From Candidatus Amesbacteria bacterium (GTDB taxonomy: Bacteria > Patescibacteriota > Microgenomatia > CAZETR01 > Amesbacteraceae): a DNA stretch of 64,000 nucleotides. A model generated the notes under the pieces. It saw only the letters and a program-made list of their open reading frames with translations, was not told where the DNA came from and made no database searches. Positions 19,315 to 31,089 of this stretch are shown here, one piece after another; position 1 is the stretch's first letter; each line of letters opens with the position of its first letter. The stretch covers positions 65,756-129,755 of the forward strand of contig CAVTQH010000003.1 in NCBI GenBank assembly GCA_963736875.1, given 5' to 3'. Both the position numbers and the translations under genes were made by a program.

Positions 19315-20811
19315 TTATTTGCCGATGGTGAGGGCGACGCTGACAGCGGCGTTTTCCTGTTTGGGAAGCTTGGCGTCCGGGGGCAGGACCAGATTTACAG
19401 AAGTAACAAATGATTCCTTTTTGCCGCTGATATCGATAGGCTCAGTAGAAATTGAGGCAGGGGGAGGAGTGTTTTCCGGAACCCAGATATCAAGTTGTTC
19501 GGGGGTGACGGTGGTTTTTTGGATACTTAAACCCCTGGCTAACTGCCCCTGGGTATGGACCTTGATACTGACCGGGGCGGAGTAATATTTATTGGCAGTT
19601 AAAAGAATAACGGAAGGTTCGACGGAGGTGACCAGAAGATTTAAGGGTTGCTTGACAATTGAAGGGGAGAGAGCCAGCTTGTTGACCCCGTTATGAATGG
19701 AGGAAGCATCAATCTCGAGAGCAAAACTGTCCCGGTCGGCCTGACTGAAAGAAATTTCACCCCGGCCGCTGACGGTAAGAGACACTTCTTTGGGACTGTA
19801 GCTTTGAATAAGGGTGTCGGGAGGAATATCGGTGAAAGTAACGGGGATGGTATAGGACTTGGTGATAATACCCGCCTGGTAGGCACTGAAAAACCATAAG
19901 ATGCCTGCAGAGAAGATAGCTGCTGTTTTTAGTCCGAAATTGTGGCTGATAAATCGATGAAACGGGGTGGAGGAGGAATCAGTGAACTTTTCCCTGACGA
20001 ATTTATTCAGTTCTTTTTCCAGGTCGGAAAAATTGTCCAGCGTTTTCATCCGGCCGTTGTGACAAACGGAAATTTTACCTTTTTCTTCCGAGACGACCAG
20101 GCAGAGGGCGTCGGAATTTTCCGAAAGACCTAATGCCGCTGAATGTCTGGTGCCATGTTTGCCGATTTCTTTGAAGTTGTTGGATAGCGGGAGATGGACG
20201 GAGAATTTGGAGACGCGGTTACTATTAATGATGACGGCTCCGTCATGGCCGTAGGAATGAGGGTCGAAAATACTTAAAATCAATTCCTCGGAAATTACCC
20301 CGTCAATGGGGAAGCCGCCTTCCAAAAGGTGGTCTAAATCATCTCTTCCCTGAAAAACGATGAGTGCGCCGATTTTATCCTGGGCCATTTTGACACAAGC
20401 CTGAAGAATTTCGGCAGTAGAGGGTGATTGGGAAATCAGGGACTTGGCCTTTATTTGCCGGGTACCGACCAAACCGACCATTTCGAAGTATTTGCGGATT
20501 TCCTGCTGGAAAATGATCACAAAGACGACAATGGAGACACCGAAAAAATATTGGAGAACCAGGGAAGTCAGATAAAGATGAAATATTTTGGCCAGACTGT
20601 AAAGAACGACGGTGGTGGCCAGACCCAATAAAATCAGGAAGGATCTGGTTTTCTGGAAAAGAAAAAACAAGGAGTAAAAAAAGACGGCGATTAAAAGAAT
20701 GTCCAAAAGATCCGTGTAATATAAGTTACCCGTGAAATGAAAAAGACCATTAGGCCCGAATAACCGGGATAAAATATTGGAGGCAAAGTTTCCCGCGATA
20801 ACAGGGTTCAT
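19315..20811 (-). CDS. cdaA: diadenylate cyclase CdaA fused to a CdaR/YbbR-like regulatory domain
   Basis: N-terminal 3 TM. DAC domain with 'GALIVFQGRDDLD', 'DGAVIIN', 'GTRHSAALGLSE' (RHR motif). The C-terminal ~230 aa has YbbR-like repeats ('TVTPEQLDIWVPE...'). Confidence 0.75.
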   Translation of the reverse strand: MNPVIAGNFASNILSRLFGPNGLFHFTGNLYYTDLLDILLIAVFFYSLFFLFQKTRSFLILLGLATTVVLYSLAKIFHLYLTSLVLQYFFGVSIVVFVIIFQQEIRKYFEMVGLVGTRQIKAKSLISQSPSTAEILQACVKMAQDKIGALIVFQGRDDLDHLLEGGFPIDGVISEELILSIFDPHSYGHDGAVIINSNRVSKFSVHLPLSNNFKEIGKHGTRHSAALGLSENSDALCLVVSEEKGKISVCHNGRMKTLDNFSDLEKELNKFVREKFTDSSSTPFHRFISHNFGLKTAAIFSAGILWFFSAYQAGIITKSYTIPVTFTDIPPDTLIQSYSPKEVSLTVSGRGEISFSQADRDSFALEIDASSIHNGVNKLALSPSIVKQPLNLLVTSVEPSVILLTANKYYSAPVSIKVHTQGQLARGLSIQKTTVTPEQLDIWVPENTPPPASISTEPIDISGKKESFVTSVNLVLPPDAKLPKQENAAVSVALTIGK

Positions 20812-20916
20812 GTTTTGAGGGTAAAGGGTAAGCGGGAAAATGTCCAGAGTGAATTTTTGACAAAAAAACAGCCGGATTTGATTCCAGAAATTTTTAGGCC
20901 TATAATTAGTCGCGTT

Positions 20917-22125
20917 ATGGGAAATGAGGAATTCAGATCGGAATATTCCGGCCGGGCAAAGGATGAGATCCGCGGAGTGGAGGCGGCAAATGAAGCCAAG
21001 CAGGCGGGGGTGGAATTACTCAAAGAGATCCACCGGCAGGTAGCCGGGAATTTCCGTCTCTGGGAGTCGGAACGACATCCGGGGGTGGCGGAGGTTTATA
21101 GTTATGTGAGCGTTTTGGAGATTATTAAAAAATTGGGAAGTGAAGAATTGAGAGGATTGGCGGCGACGGCCGGCGATGATATAGAAAAGGATGAATGGAT
21201 ACTTTTTTCCAGCAAACCGATGCAGGCGATTCTGCCGCCCCTGAATGTATTCGGTGCGGACGGAAGCCCGGTAACAGCGATGGATATTGCGATTGAGGAT
21301 TTGGGAAAAGCGATAAATCAGGTGTCCAGAAGTCTTAGAGAAGGGAAACCTGCAGATGTAGTGTGGAAACTGGTGGGAAGTCCGGTCGGACCGGGAGGGA
21401 AAGTGACGGAAGAATTTGTCAGTGATATGGAAAAGGGAAGTTATTATAAGGAATTTACGGATTTACATACGGAGATGTTAGAGCAGGAGTTGGGCAATTC
21501 CAAAGTGAAGAAATTAATATTGACCGGCCAATCTTACGGAGCATCGATGGCGGTTTTAACTGCCCGGAAGCTGGAGGAAGAAATTGGGGAGAATGATATG
21601 AAAAAAGCGGAGGTATTGGCAGATGATCCGGTGGTGGCTTATAAAGGAACAGGCGGCGGACAGAAATTGATATTGGGTTCAGTATTAGAAGCTTTTGAAG
21701 GTTTATGGCAGAGAAGGAAGGATTATGCGGCTAAATTTTGGATAACTAATGAATATAAGCGTTTTCTGGAGATAAAAGGGATAAAACCGGATGATGATCA
21801 GGAACAAACCGAACTGAAAAACAGGATGCAGAAGGTAATAGACAGAGACTTGAACGTCGGACCCCAGGTAACAATGGGGGAGGATCTGTATCCGGATAAA
21901 ATCAAAGTGTTTATCAGGCAGGGGGCTTATGACGAAACTCAGGTAGGGGAAAAATTGGTAGGGAAGCAGGAATGGGAGACCTTTAAGTTTAAGGGTACAC
22001 TGGCTCCATTTAGGCATGAAAAACATAATGTCAGAGTCTATGGTTACGGGAGCGGTCATGCGATGGATAGATTTAGAAGAATTGATAGGTTTGTCAAGGC
22101 TGCGGATTTATTGAGAAATGTTTAA
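20917..22125 (+). CDS. hypothetical protein with lipase class-3-like GxSxG elbow
   Basis: 'KKLILTGQSYGASMAVLTARKL' resembles the lipase_3 nucleophile elbow. The ORF is open from 20815; ATG 20917 is the more likely start. Confidence 0.35.
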   Translation: MGNEEFRSEYSGRAKDEIRGVEAANEAKQAGVELLKEIHRQVAGNFRLWESERHPGVAEVYSYVSVLEIIKKLGSEELRGLAATAGDDIEKDEWILFSSKPMQAILPPLNVFGADGSPVTAMDIAIEDLGKAINQVSRSLREGKPADVVWKLVGSPVGPGGKVTEEFVSDMEKGSYYKEFTDLHTEMLEQELGNSKVKKLILTGQSYGASMAVLTARKLEEEIGENDMKKAEVLADDPVVAYKGTGGGQKLILGSVLEAFEGLWQRRKDYAAKFWITNEYKRFLEIKGIKPDDDQEQTELKNRMQKVIDRDLNVGPQVTMGEDLYPDKIKVFIRQGAYDETQVGEKLVGKQEWETFKFKGTLAPFRHEKHNVRVYGYGSGHAMDRFRRIDRFVKAADLLRNV

Positions 22126-22146
22126 TCCGGACTGGGGAAAGAGTGC

Positions 22147-22175
22147 TTTACGGGGGTATACATCTGGGGTATAAT
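22147..22175 (+). promoter_or_regulatory. candidate sigma-70 promoter for the 16S gene (TTTACG - 17 nt - TATAAT)
   Basis: -35 at 22147-22152, -10 perfect TATAAT at 22170-22175, ~140 nt upstream of the 16S 5' end. A second TTGAAA-15-TATAAA lies at 22204-22230. Confidence 0.35.
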
Positions 22176-22312
22176 TGTTTTCTGCTTTATGGATATACGC
22201 TCATTGAAAATTGAGGTTGGCGTTTATAAATCTATCTTCTTGTACTTCAGGAAGTGGTATCGCATTTAATTATGCGATGCGTTGGCTGCTTTTAGCAGTC
22301 TGCGCAGGAAAA

Positions 22313-23803
<1,491 letters not shown>

Positions 23804-23981
23804 CTAGGAGTAATTGATCACGGTATCCGCGCAAAGTAATTTGCGGGGTAAGTGAACACCCTGAGATTTTGACTGTTTTCTCATTAATAAGAACAGTCCG
23901 ATAATATTGGACCGGCAACAAGTCATAGTCTGTCCAGATATTTTTTCCTACCACTTCCAGAAGTAGAAGAGATTTATTAAA

Positions 23982-24007
23982 CCCGCTTTGCAAAAGGCGG
24001 GTTTTTT
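23982..24007 (+). terminator. rho-independent terminator downstream of 16S
   Basis: CCCGCTTT-GCAA-AAGGCGGG stem (8 bp, GNRA loop) followed by TTTTTT. Confidence 0.6.
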
Positions 24008-24027
24008 GGTGGTGTTAAGATTAATAG

Positions 24028-24228
24028 GTGGATGATATAAATCAAAAAATCGTTGAGCTGGAAGAAAAACTGGCGAAGTTTAGGCCGAAATATCTGGAGG
24101 CAAAAAAGTATTTCAGGGGGGTGAGCCATGAAAATTCACTGGCTGAACTCCGGTATACACAATTCATGGTTTATAAAGATCTGGTGGAGGGATTGGAAAG
24201 AGAAATTGCACGGCTGAAGCATAAATGA
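24028..24228 (+). CDS. hypothetical small coiled-coil protein
   Basis: 66-aa ORF; AGGTGG RBS 7 nt upstream of ATG 24028. Confidence 0.35.
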   Translation: MDDINQKIVELEEKLAKFRPKYLEAKKYFRGVSHENSLAELRYTQFMVYKDLVEGLEREIARLKHK

Positions 24229-24240
24229 TAGATTAGAAGG

Positions 24241-26805
24241 GTGGAGGAGAAAGAAGAGGAAGTACTACAGACAGACGCAGTACCGGAAGTAAAGCCGTTC
24301 CGGGTAAGAAAATTTCGGGTGGGTGTGATGGCAGGTCTTTTAGTACTGGTGACCGGGCTGGCGCTGTCAATCGTTGCCGTACAGAAAAAAACAGAAACGA
24401 AAGGAAAAGCTGCTGGGATCGATACTATACTGGAAGTAGAACAAGCTGTCGGTTTGGCGGACCTTATTTATACCGGGAGTGAGAACAACCTGAATGTAAC
24501 GAATCCACAAAGCGGGGTGTATGTACTAAAGGCCAATGCTTTTGCCTGTACACCCGGGACACAGAATTGTGATCCGGACCGGTTTGAAATCAGGTGGAAC
24601 TCCAAAATCAACAGGGTATACGGCTTGGGGGTACAGCCGGCGGTGAATCAGGTGGAACTGGAGGATTTTCTGGATGAACAATTCAGCTTCGGACATTGTC
24701 TGGGAAACCGGAAAGACGGGGTAAAAATGGAAGCTTATGCGGAGGGGGGTTGCCGGTTGAGAACTCCGATTATGGTCTTTCCGGAAAAAAACACACTGGT
24801 GGCATATATTCAGCCGGAGATAAAGAGGCTGAGGCTGACCAGAAACGGGCAATACGGCTGTCCAGCAAACAATACCTGTGTAGTAATGAAAAAACATGAA
24901 CAATTTCCGGAAGGGCAGCCGGGCGCGTTCATAATTATTAAAAGGGATACTTTAGCCCAGACATACCAGGCGTATTATCAATACCTGAAATCAATAGGCA
25001 GGTATATGAAGGAACCAAACTACAACGCGTTCGGAGTTAATTGGGAGACCTTTGATGAATTTAAATGTGAAGCCACCAAGTCGGATGTATTGAATGCCGT
25101 TCAAAATTATAAAAATAAGGGAATTAAGCTGGGAACCGTAACTATCGGTTCCGGATACTGGCAATCACAGGCTTTAGTGGGATGCGGACATATCCAAACA
25201 GAATATTTCGGGTTACCCACAACGGATACTCTGGCAGTGGATTCGGTGAAGTATCCGTATGACGGTGGAAATGGGAACGGTCTGAATCAATTATTCATGA
25301 CATTAAGAAACCAGGGAATACAGCCGATGATCGGGATGAGGCATCAGATACAACCCGGGAATGCAGGTTTTGACAATATCGCGGCCATACAGTCCAAGTT
25401 TTCGGGAAAGGGAATAAACGGAAACATATTCGTATCAGCCAATTTGAATGATCCGGCAACCAAAATGCCCATGATTATTGCCGATTACTACAAACTGAAT
25501 AACAAAAATTATTTTCAGTATCATTATCTTTTAAGAACTGATGACAGCAGGATCACTGATGCCTGGATTGATTTGATAAGGGAAGCTTACGGGGATTTCA
25601 GCGGTATAAAACACGATGATATGACGATATCCGATCAGAGAACAGCGCTGGTGAAAATGACGAATTTATCATTTTTCCGTACCTTGAGTCCGACACCGAT
25701 TCAGGCTGTTGGGGTCAGAGGAAACGGCGGCGATGATTATTCAACCAGAATTTTTGAAAGGTATGTTCAAAAAATAGGTCAGAATAAGGCGATTATTTTT
25801 ACAGATAACGATTGGTTTTCCGTCGGCGGTGACGGTGAGGAGCAGGACGGATTGGTTGAACATTATCCGAATATGAATCCTCCGGCAAGTTGGACCGGAT
25901 ACGGGTTTAAATATTATCTGGATAACAATCTGACCCGGGTATTTTCGGGTTATCCGAATCCGATGAATATCATCGGACCCAAGTGGTTTGGGGATTATAT
26001 CTGGGAAGGGTATAAGCTAAAGACGATAAAGTCACCGGTGCAGTATTTAAGAGCCAATCAGATAGCGACATTTTTACCGGTGGAAACCATTTCGGCTGGT
26101 TTCTGGCATTTATCCACTACGGAATACCAGGGGACGGCGGTGTGGTATCTGCAGCTGCGAAACAGACTACAGCAATATTTTTACGACCAGGCGATGAAAT
26201 GGTATCAAACCGGCGAACCCTGGGCCATGCGACCTCTGACTTTGGACTGGGGTAATGATGCCAATGTCGATCAGTTGTATTCATGGACAACGGATGCGAA
26301 TACGATCAGGGATGAGTTCATGAGCAGGGAATGCGTTATTGATCAGACCGGTGTTTACCGAACCCGCATCGGGAAAGGTGTCCGTGTATTTTCCCAGAGG
26401 AAGTGGCTGCCATTAATCAGCAAACCAAATACCATATCCAGGGTGTACGGTGATACTGCAGGCGGGAGGTATGAGGATTACACCATACCCAGTCTGAGCT
26501 CGGGAACTGTGGGTGACAGAATTGATTACCCGGTATTTATTAAAGAGAAGGAGCTATTAATTATCGGTGATGCGACTGATCCGGTAAAACTCAAGGGTTA
26601 TGTGTTTTTGGATTCCGGTGAATCAAATATTTATAAGTTTTATAACAAAAATACCAAAACAAAATATGAACTGAAAGCTATATATACCAACGGGAGTGTA
26701 AAATTGCGTAATATTACTACCGGAGTTGAACTAACGTCGTGTACAAAGAATAGTACAAAGCTGTTTTGGGATTGCTCTAACGTCAATTCAATTATCGGCT
26801 ATTGA
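24241..26805 (+). CDS. large (854 aa) membrane-anchored/secreted hypothetical protein; possible TIM-barrel glycoside-hydrolase-like region
   Basis: N-terminal TM 'VGVMAGLLVLVTGLALSIVAV'; extracytoplasmic body rich in G/N/Y/W. A weak 'DAWIDL' resembles the GH31 'W.DMNE' motif, so no function is assigned. Confidence 0.5.
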   Translation: MEEKEEEVLQTDAVPEVKPFRVRKFRVGVMAGLLVLVTGLALSIVAVQKKTETKGKAAGIDTILEVEQAVGLADLIYTGSENNLNVTNPQSGVYVLKANAFACTPGTQNCDPDRFEIRWNSKINRVYGLGVQPAVNQVELEDFLDEQFSFGHCLGNRKDGVKMEAYAEGGCRLRTPIMVFPEKNTLVAYIQPEIKRLRLTRNGQYGCPANNTCVVMKKHEQFPEGQPGAFIIIKRDTLAQTYQAYYQYLKSIGRYMKEPNYNAFGVNWETFDEFKCEATKSDVLNAVQNYKNKGIKLGTVTIGSGYWQSQALVGCGHIQTEYFGLPTTDTLAVDSVKYPYDGGNGNGLNQLFMTLRNQGIQPMIGMRHQIQPGNAGFDNIAAIQSKFSGKGINGNIFVSANLNDPATKMPMIIADYYKLNNKNYFQYHYLLRTDDSRITDAWIDLIREAYGDFSGIKHDDMTISDQRTALVKMTNLSFFRTLSPTPIQAVGVRGNGGDDYSTRIFERYVQKIGQNKAIIFTDNDWFSVGGDGEEQDGLVEHYPNMNPPASWTGYGFKYYLDNNLTRVFSGYPNPMNIIGPKWFGDYIWEGYKLKTIKSPVQYLRANQIATFLPVETISAGFWHLSTTEYQGTAVWYLQLRNRLQQYFYDQAMKWYQTGEPWAMRPLTLDWGNDANVDQLYSWTTDANTIRDEFMSRECVIDQTGVYRTRIGKGVRVFSQRKWLPLISKPNTISRVYGDTAGGRYEDYTIPSLSSGTVGDRIDYPVFIKEKELLIIGDATDPVKLKGYVFLDSGESNIYKFYNKNTKTKYELKAIYTNGSVKLRNITTGVELTSCTKNSTKLFWDCSNVNSIIGY

Positions 26806-26855
26806 GTTGAGGGATTGGAGAAGGAAATCAGGGAGCTGAAGAAATCTGCCGGGAG

Positions 26856-27407
26856 TCAGGGAATGTAATGCTGGTTAATAATAATTATTTCTCCCCCTAT
26901 AACCGTAATATTGAAGGGGGATTTGGATATCCAATTATCCGGTGATTTCGGGTCCTGAAAGATATTCCGGAGTTGGGACGGGGTGATGGTTTTGTAAGGT
27001 TTTGATTTAGGGTTTGTTTCATCCCAATCAGGGTTTAATATTAAAGTTCCGATTTTGGTAAAGGAAGCTATCGGGTAAGAGGTGGCCTTAGGATCGGAAT
27101 TTTGGATATAGTATCCATCCGGAACACAGGATTTGGTGATCGGGAGTGAGCACCCGGAACATATTTTGTCCATCGCACAGGCAATGGATGCCGGAAATTC
27201 GGTATTTGTGTCTTTTAACCACCGGGCGGGGTCAAAATCCAGATAGACGGATTTGTTTTTTGTGTAGACACTGGTGATATAACCAAAAAGAACTCTGGTG
27301 GGGGAAACCGGGGAGGGAGTAAGGATAAAAATTATCAGGCAGGCGGCAATAATTACTACTACCAGGACCAGGGTGAAGGAGAAAGTAAATTTTTCCGATT
27401 TGTCCAT
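26856..27407 (-). CDS. hypothetical membrane-anchored protein
   Basis: 183-aa ORF with N-terminal TM 'FTLVLVVVIIAACLIIFIL'. Confidence 0.4.
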   Translation of the reverse strand: MDKSEKFTFSFTLVLVVVIIAACLIIFILTPSPVSPTRVLFGYITSVYTKNKSVYLDFDPARWLKDTNTEFPASIACAMDKICSGCSLPITKSCVPDGYYIQNSDPKATSYPIASFTKIGTLILNPDWDETNPKSKPYKTITPSQLRNIFQDPKSPDNWISKSPFNITVIGGEIIIINQHYIP

Positions 27408-27706
27408 GATTGAGACGGTTGGTTTAGTAAATTATAAACCCATTATGGACTGCAGCGCGAAAGTGACCACATATGAGGATGGGTGATGGTGGATGCGCAA
27501 GGAATATCAAAGCAGAGCTTTTCTTTGTAATTGTGGTGGGCTGCCTAGGAGTCGGACCTAGCATCTCCTTCTTATCAGGAAGGCATTCTACCGCTAAACT
27601 AGCAGCCCTTTTTGAGTATTTGAATTATATCGCAGGCGGGGGATTTGAGCGAGAGTAAGAGATATGACACTTGACATGTTAAGTATTGAAGGTTTAAGAT
27701 TTCCCG

Positions 27707-28159
27707 ATGTTAGGTGAAGTATTTGACGGAATTCCGGGAGTGAAGTTACACAAAGCGGCTTTTCTTATGGCTAAAAGAGTGGAGCGGGAATTGGTGGCTC
27801 GGACGGAACTGACATTTCACCAATTTATGATGCTGGTAATGGTAAAACATAAAGAACATTGCAAGCAGATGGAGATGGCCCGAATGGGGCATTTAACCGA
27901 AGCGGCTATATCGCGGATGGTAGGGGGAATGGTAGAAAAGGGATTGGTAACAAGGAAGGAGAACCCAAAAAGCCGGAGGGAACACGCAGTAGCTTTGACG
28001 GAAAAAGGAAAAAAAAGTCTGGAAAAAGGAATGGAGGTAGCCAAGGAGAGTTTGGGGGAGGTGTTGGATATCTTAACAGCGGAAGAGAAGGAGAAATTGG
28101 ATCTATTATTAGATAAAATATTGAGGTTTGTTTATACTGACAAAGAGAGTTATGCGTAA
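27707..28159 (+). CDS. MarR family transcriptional regulator
   Basis: 150 aa; 'LTFHQFMMLVMV...MARMGHLTEAAISRMVGGMVEKGLVTRKENPKSRREHAVALTEKG' winged-HTH typical of MarR. Confidence 0.7.
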   Translation: MLGEVFDGIPGVKLHKAAFLMAKRVERELVARTELTFHQFMMLVMVKHKEHCKQMEMARMGHLTEAAISRMVGGMVEKGLVTRKENPKSRREHAVALTEKGKKSLEKGMEVAKESLGEVLDILTAEEKEKLDLLLDKILRFVYTDKESYA

Positions 28160-29153
28160 GTATCTGACCAGAAGAAACGTCATTATTGCGATTGTAGTGG
28201 TGTTTATATTGGGATGGTGGTGGAACGGAAGGCGGGCAGCGGATAAAAAAAACGGATCGGTGAAAACTACCGAGGTAACAAGAGGGAAAGTAGTCTCGTA
28301 TCTTTCGGTTTCCGGGCAGGTAAAAGCCGATCAGCAGGCTGTTCTGAACTTTCCGGCTCCCGGGAAACTTTCTTATATCGGAGTAAAAGAGGGGGATTTG
28401 GTCAAATCTGGCAAGTTGTTGGCATCATTGGATTTGGGAGATTTGCAGACGGCATGGAACAGGGCTTATTACCAATATTTGGCAGCTGATGCCAATGCGA
28501 AGCTGGTGGAAGATCAGGTGAAGGATCATGATAAAGATGAATCGTTTGTACAAAAAAATACCAGAGTAGCCGCCCAAACAGCCAGAGATATGGCATATGA
28601 TACGATGCTGGCTGCGGAGCGGGCAATCAATAACGCCAAACTCACCGCTCCTTTTGAAGGAATAGTAACTACTGTTACAGCTACGGCTGTCGGAGATACG
28701 GTAAGCGTGACCGACGGGGTGACGGTGGTTAATCCGAAAAGTCTTTATTTTTCGGCCGAAGTAGATGAATCGGATGTGGGGAAAGTCAGTCAAATTCAAA
28801 AGGTGGAAGTGAATCTGGACGCATATCCCGGCGAGAAATTTTCGGCAAGTATCGGGGAAATCGGATTTGTATCACAATTATCGTCAACCGGAGCAACGGT
28901 TTATCCGGTGAAGTTGCGTTTTCCGCCGGAGGTCTTATCCAAACTGAGAATCGGTATGAACGGGGATGCAAAAATAATTTTGGCAGTAAAAGAAAATGTA
29001 CTGAAACTGCCGGTGGAAGCGATAGTAGACGGAGAAGTGATATTGGATGGTCAGGAGAAGAAAAAGATAAAAGTGGTGACCGGGCTTGAGGGGGATATGG
29101 ATACGGAAATAGTCAGCGGAATAAATGAGGGCATAAAGGTGGTTATCCAGTGA
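28152..29153 (+). CDS. HlyD/MacA-type periplasmic adaptor (membrane fusion protein) of an ABC efflux system
   Basis: N-terminal TM 'VIIAIVVVFILGWWW', coiled-coil region, beta-barrel/lipoyl-like C-terminus; overlaps the marR end. Confidence 0.75.
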   Translation: MRKYLTRRNVIIAIVVVFILGWWWNGRRAADKKNGSVKTTEVTRGKVVSYLSVSGQVKADQQAVLNFPAPGKLSYIGVKEGDLVKSGKLLASLDLGDLQTAWNRAYYQYLAADANAKLVEDQVKDHDKDESFVQKNTRVAAQTARDMAYDTMLAAERAINNAKLTAPFEGIVTTVTATAVGDTVSVTDGVTVVNPKSLYFSAEVDESDVGKVSQIQKVEVNLDAYPGEKFSASIGEIGFVSQLSSTGATVYPVKLRFPPEVLSKLRIGMNGDAKIILAVKENVLKLPVEAIVDGEVILDGQEKKKIKVVTGLEGDMDTEIVSGINEGIKVVIQ

Positions 29154-29166
29154 ACAGGAAAGTGAT

Positions 29167-29876
29167 ATGACGAAAGCAGTTCCGGTCATAGAATTTGTAA
29201 ATGTGGGGAAGGAATACGGAGATCCCAATGAAGGGGGGACGGTGGTGGAGGCGTTGGCGGAGGTAATTTAGGGTCCAAAAAGGGGAATTTGTAGCCATAA
29301 CCGGACCTTCGGGGAGCGGAAAATCTACTCTTTTGCATCTTATTGGTCTTTTGGATAAACCAACTTCCGGAAAAATTTTTGTAGACGGAATAGAAATTTC
29401 AGATTTGTCGGAAAACAGAATGGCTCAAATCTGAGGAATGAAAAAATCGGTTTTGTTTTTCAGCAATTTAACCTGCTGTCTAAAGACAGCCGCTATTATG
29501 AATGTGGAACTGCCTCTTATATACCGGGGCATGGGTCAAAAAGAGAGACATGAGAAATCAAAAAAAGAACTAATGGCAGTTGGCCTTGGGGGATAGATTG
29601 AATAACAAGCCGTCACAGTTATCCGGCGGACAACAACAGAGGGTGGCTATTGCCAGGGCACTAGTGACAGAACCGTCTCTTCTTTTGGCTGATGAACCGA
29701 CGGGAAATCTGGATACCAAATCAGGAATAGAAATTATGAAAATACTTGAGGATTTGCACGAGAATGGGGTAACGATAATTTTAGTGACCCATAATCCGGA
29801 GTTAGCTGATCAGGCAGACAGGCAGTTAATTATCAGGGATGGCAGAATTGTCAAAGATACGGGAGGTAAAAAATAA
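29167..29876 (+). pseudogene. ABC transporter ATP-binding protein (MacB/LolD-type) disrupted by >=5 frameshifts
   Basis: Joining frames gives 'IEFVNVGKEYGD...[36 protein letters not shown]...NEKIGFVFQQFNLL...[15 protein letters not shown]...[12 protein letters not shown]' (Walker A, Q-loop, signature, Walker B). These segments lie in at least five different frames between 29167 and 29580. Confidence 0.7.
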
Positions 29877-31089
29877 TGGACCAGACAGAACTATTCCGAT
29901 CGTCAATTAGGGCGATTATCACGAATAAAACCAGATCGGCTCTGACGGCATTGGGAATAATTATCGGTGTAGCGTCGGTGATATTGCTGGTATCTATCGG
30001 TAGTGGCCTGGAGCGGTACGTGACCAAGCAATTTGAAAGTCTGGGAGCGAATCTGGTATTTGTGGCACCGGGAAAAATAAAACTTATCCGGCGGCGGCGG
30101 CGGGGACCCCCGACGGGTTTTACTTCCAAGTTTACTTTTGATGATGTCAGGGAACTGGAGAGGTTGGGAGACCCGATTTCGGGAGTAAGCGGGATACTAA
30201 CGAAATCCGGAACTGCTAAATACGGAAGCAAATCATATGACGTAACAATTATGGGTATAGATGAAAAATATCCGAATATGTCTAACATTAAGCCTCAAAA
30301 AGGACAGTCTATTACCAAATCAATGGTAGAAAGATCACAAAATATTACAATGGTAGGACCGAAAGTTGTAGAAAATTTATTTCCTTCGGGAGCTGATCCT
30401 ATCGGCAAACAAGTAGACCTGGCAGGAAGGAAGTATGTAATAGGCGGGAGTGACAGAATCTAAGGGTGGAGGTATAGGGGGGAGCGGGGATCGGGACAGT
30501 ATTGTGTTTATACCGGTAACAACTGCCCAAAAAATGATGGGTACAAAAAGTCCGGCGATCGATAATTGTCCAAGCTAGCTCTTCTGATGGTGTGGCGGTG
30601 GTAACCAGGGAAATAAAGAGATATTTTTACAGGAGGAAATTGACTGATGATGATTTTACCGTTTTGGAGCCGAAACAAATATTGGAAACTGTAAATTCAT
30701 TTTTGGGAGTGATTACTGTAGCGTTGTCGGGAATTGCTGCTATTTCACTGGTGGTGGGGGGAATCGGAATTGCCAATATCATGTTTGTATCAGTTACCGA
30801 AAGAACCAGGGAAATTGGTTTACGTAAAGCTCTGGGAGCAACAAAAAGAGATATCCTGATGCAATTTTTAATTGAATCGCTAACTCTATCAATATTGGGG
30901 GGAGGGGTAGGAATTCTTATTGGGGGAGGGCTTTCGATACTGATGAATAAATTTATTGAGACGTATGTAACATTGAACTCAGTTATCCTATCTTTCGGGA
31001 TTTCGGCAATAGTGGGAGTTGTATCCGGAATTGCTCCGGCAATCAGGGCGGGGAACCTAAATCCGATTGATGCACTGAGGTATGAATAA
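29876..31089 (+). pseudogene. ABC transporter permease (MacB/FtsX family) with two frameshifts
   Basis: ORF 29876-30463 (TM1 + periplasmic domain) and ORF 30592-31089 (FtsX 3-TM domain ending 'PIDALRYE') sit in different frames. A third frame in between encodes 'GGGIGGSGDRDSIVFIPVTTAQKMMGTKSPAIDN'. Shifts at a G-run (~30446) and ~30565. Confidence 0.65.

Noticed and set aside
24241-26805. Diversity-generating retroelement target (large secreted protein, Cys-rich neighbours)
   Set aside because: No reverse-transcriptase ORF (no YxDD motif), and no template/variable repeat pair was found in the window.
27536-27612. tRNA-like cloverleaf (7-bp outer stem, two 5-bp hairpins with 7-nt loops)
   Set aside because: No T-arm with a GTTC-type loop, and the anticodon would be the non-standard ATC. 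More likely a terminator/structured element (reported as a low-interest finding).
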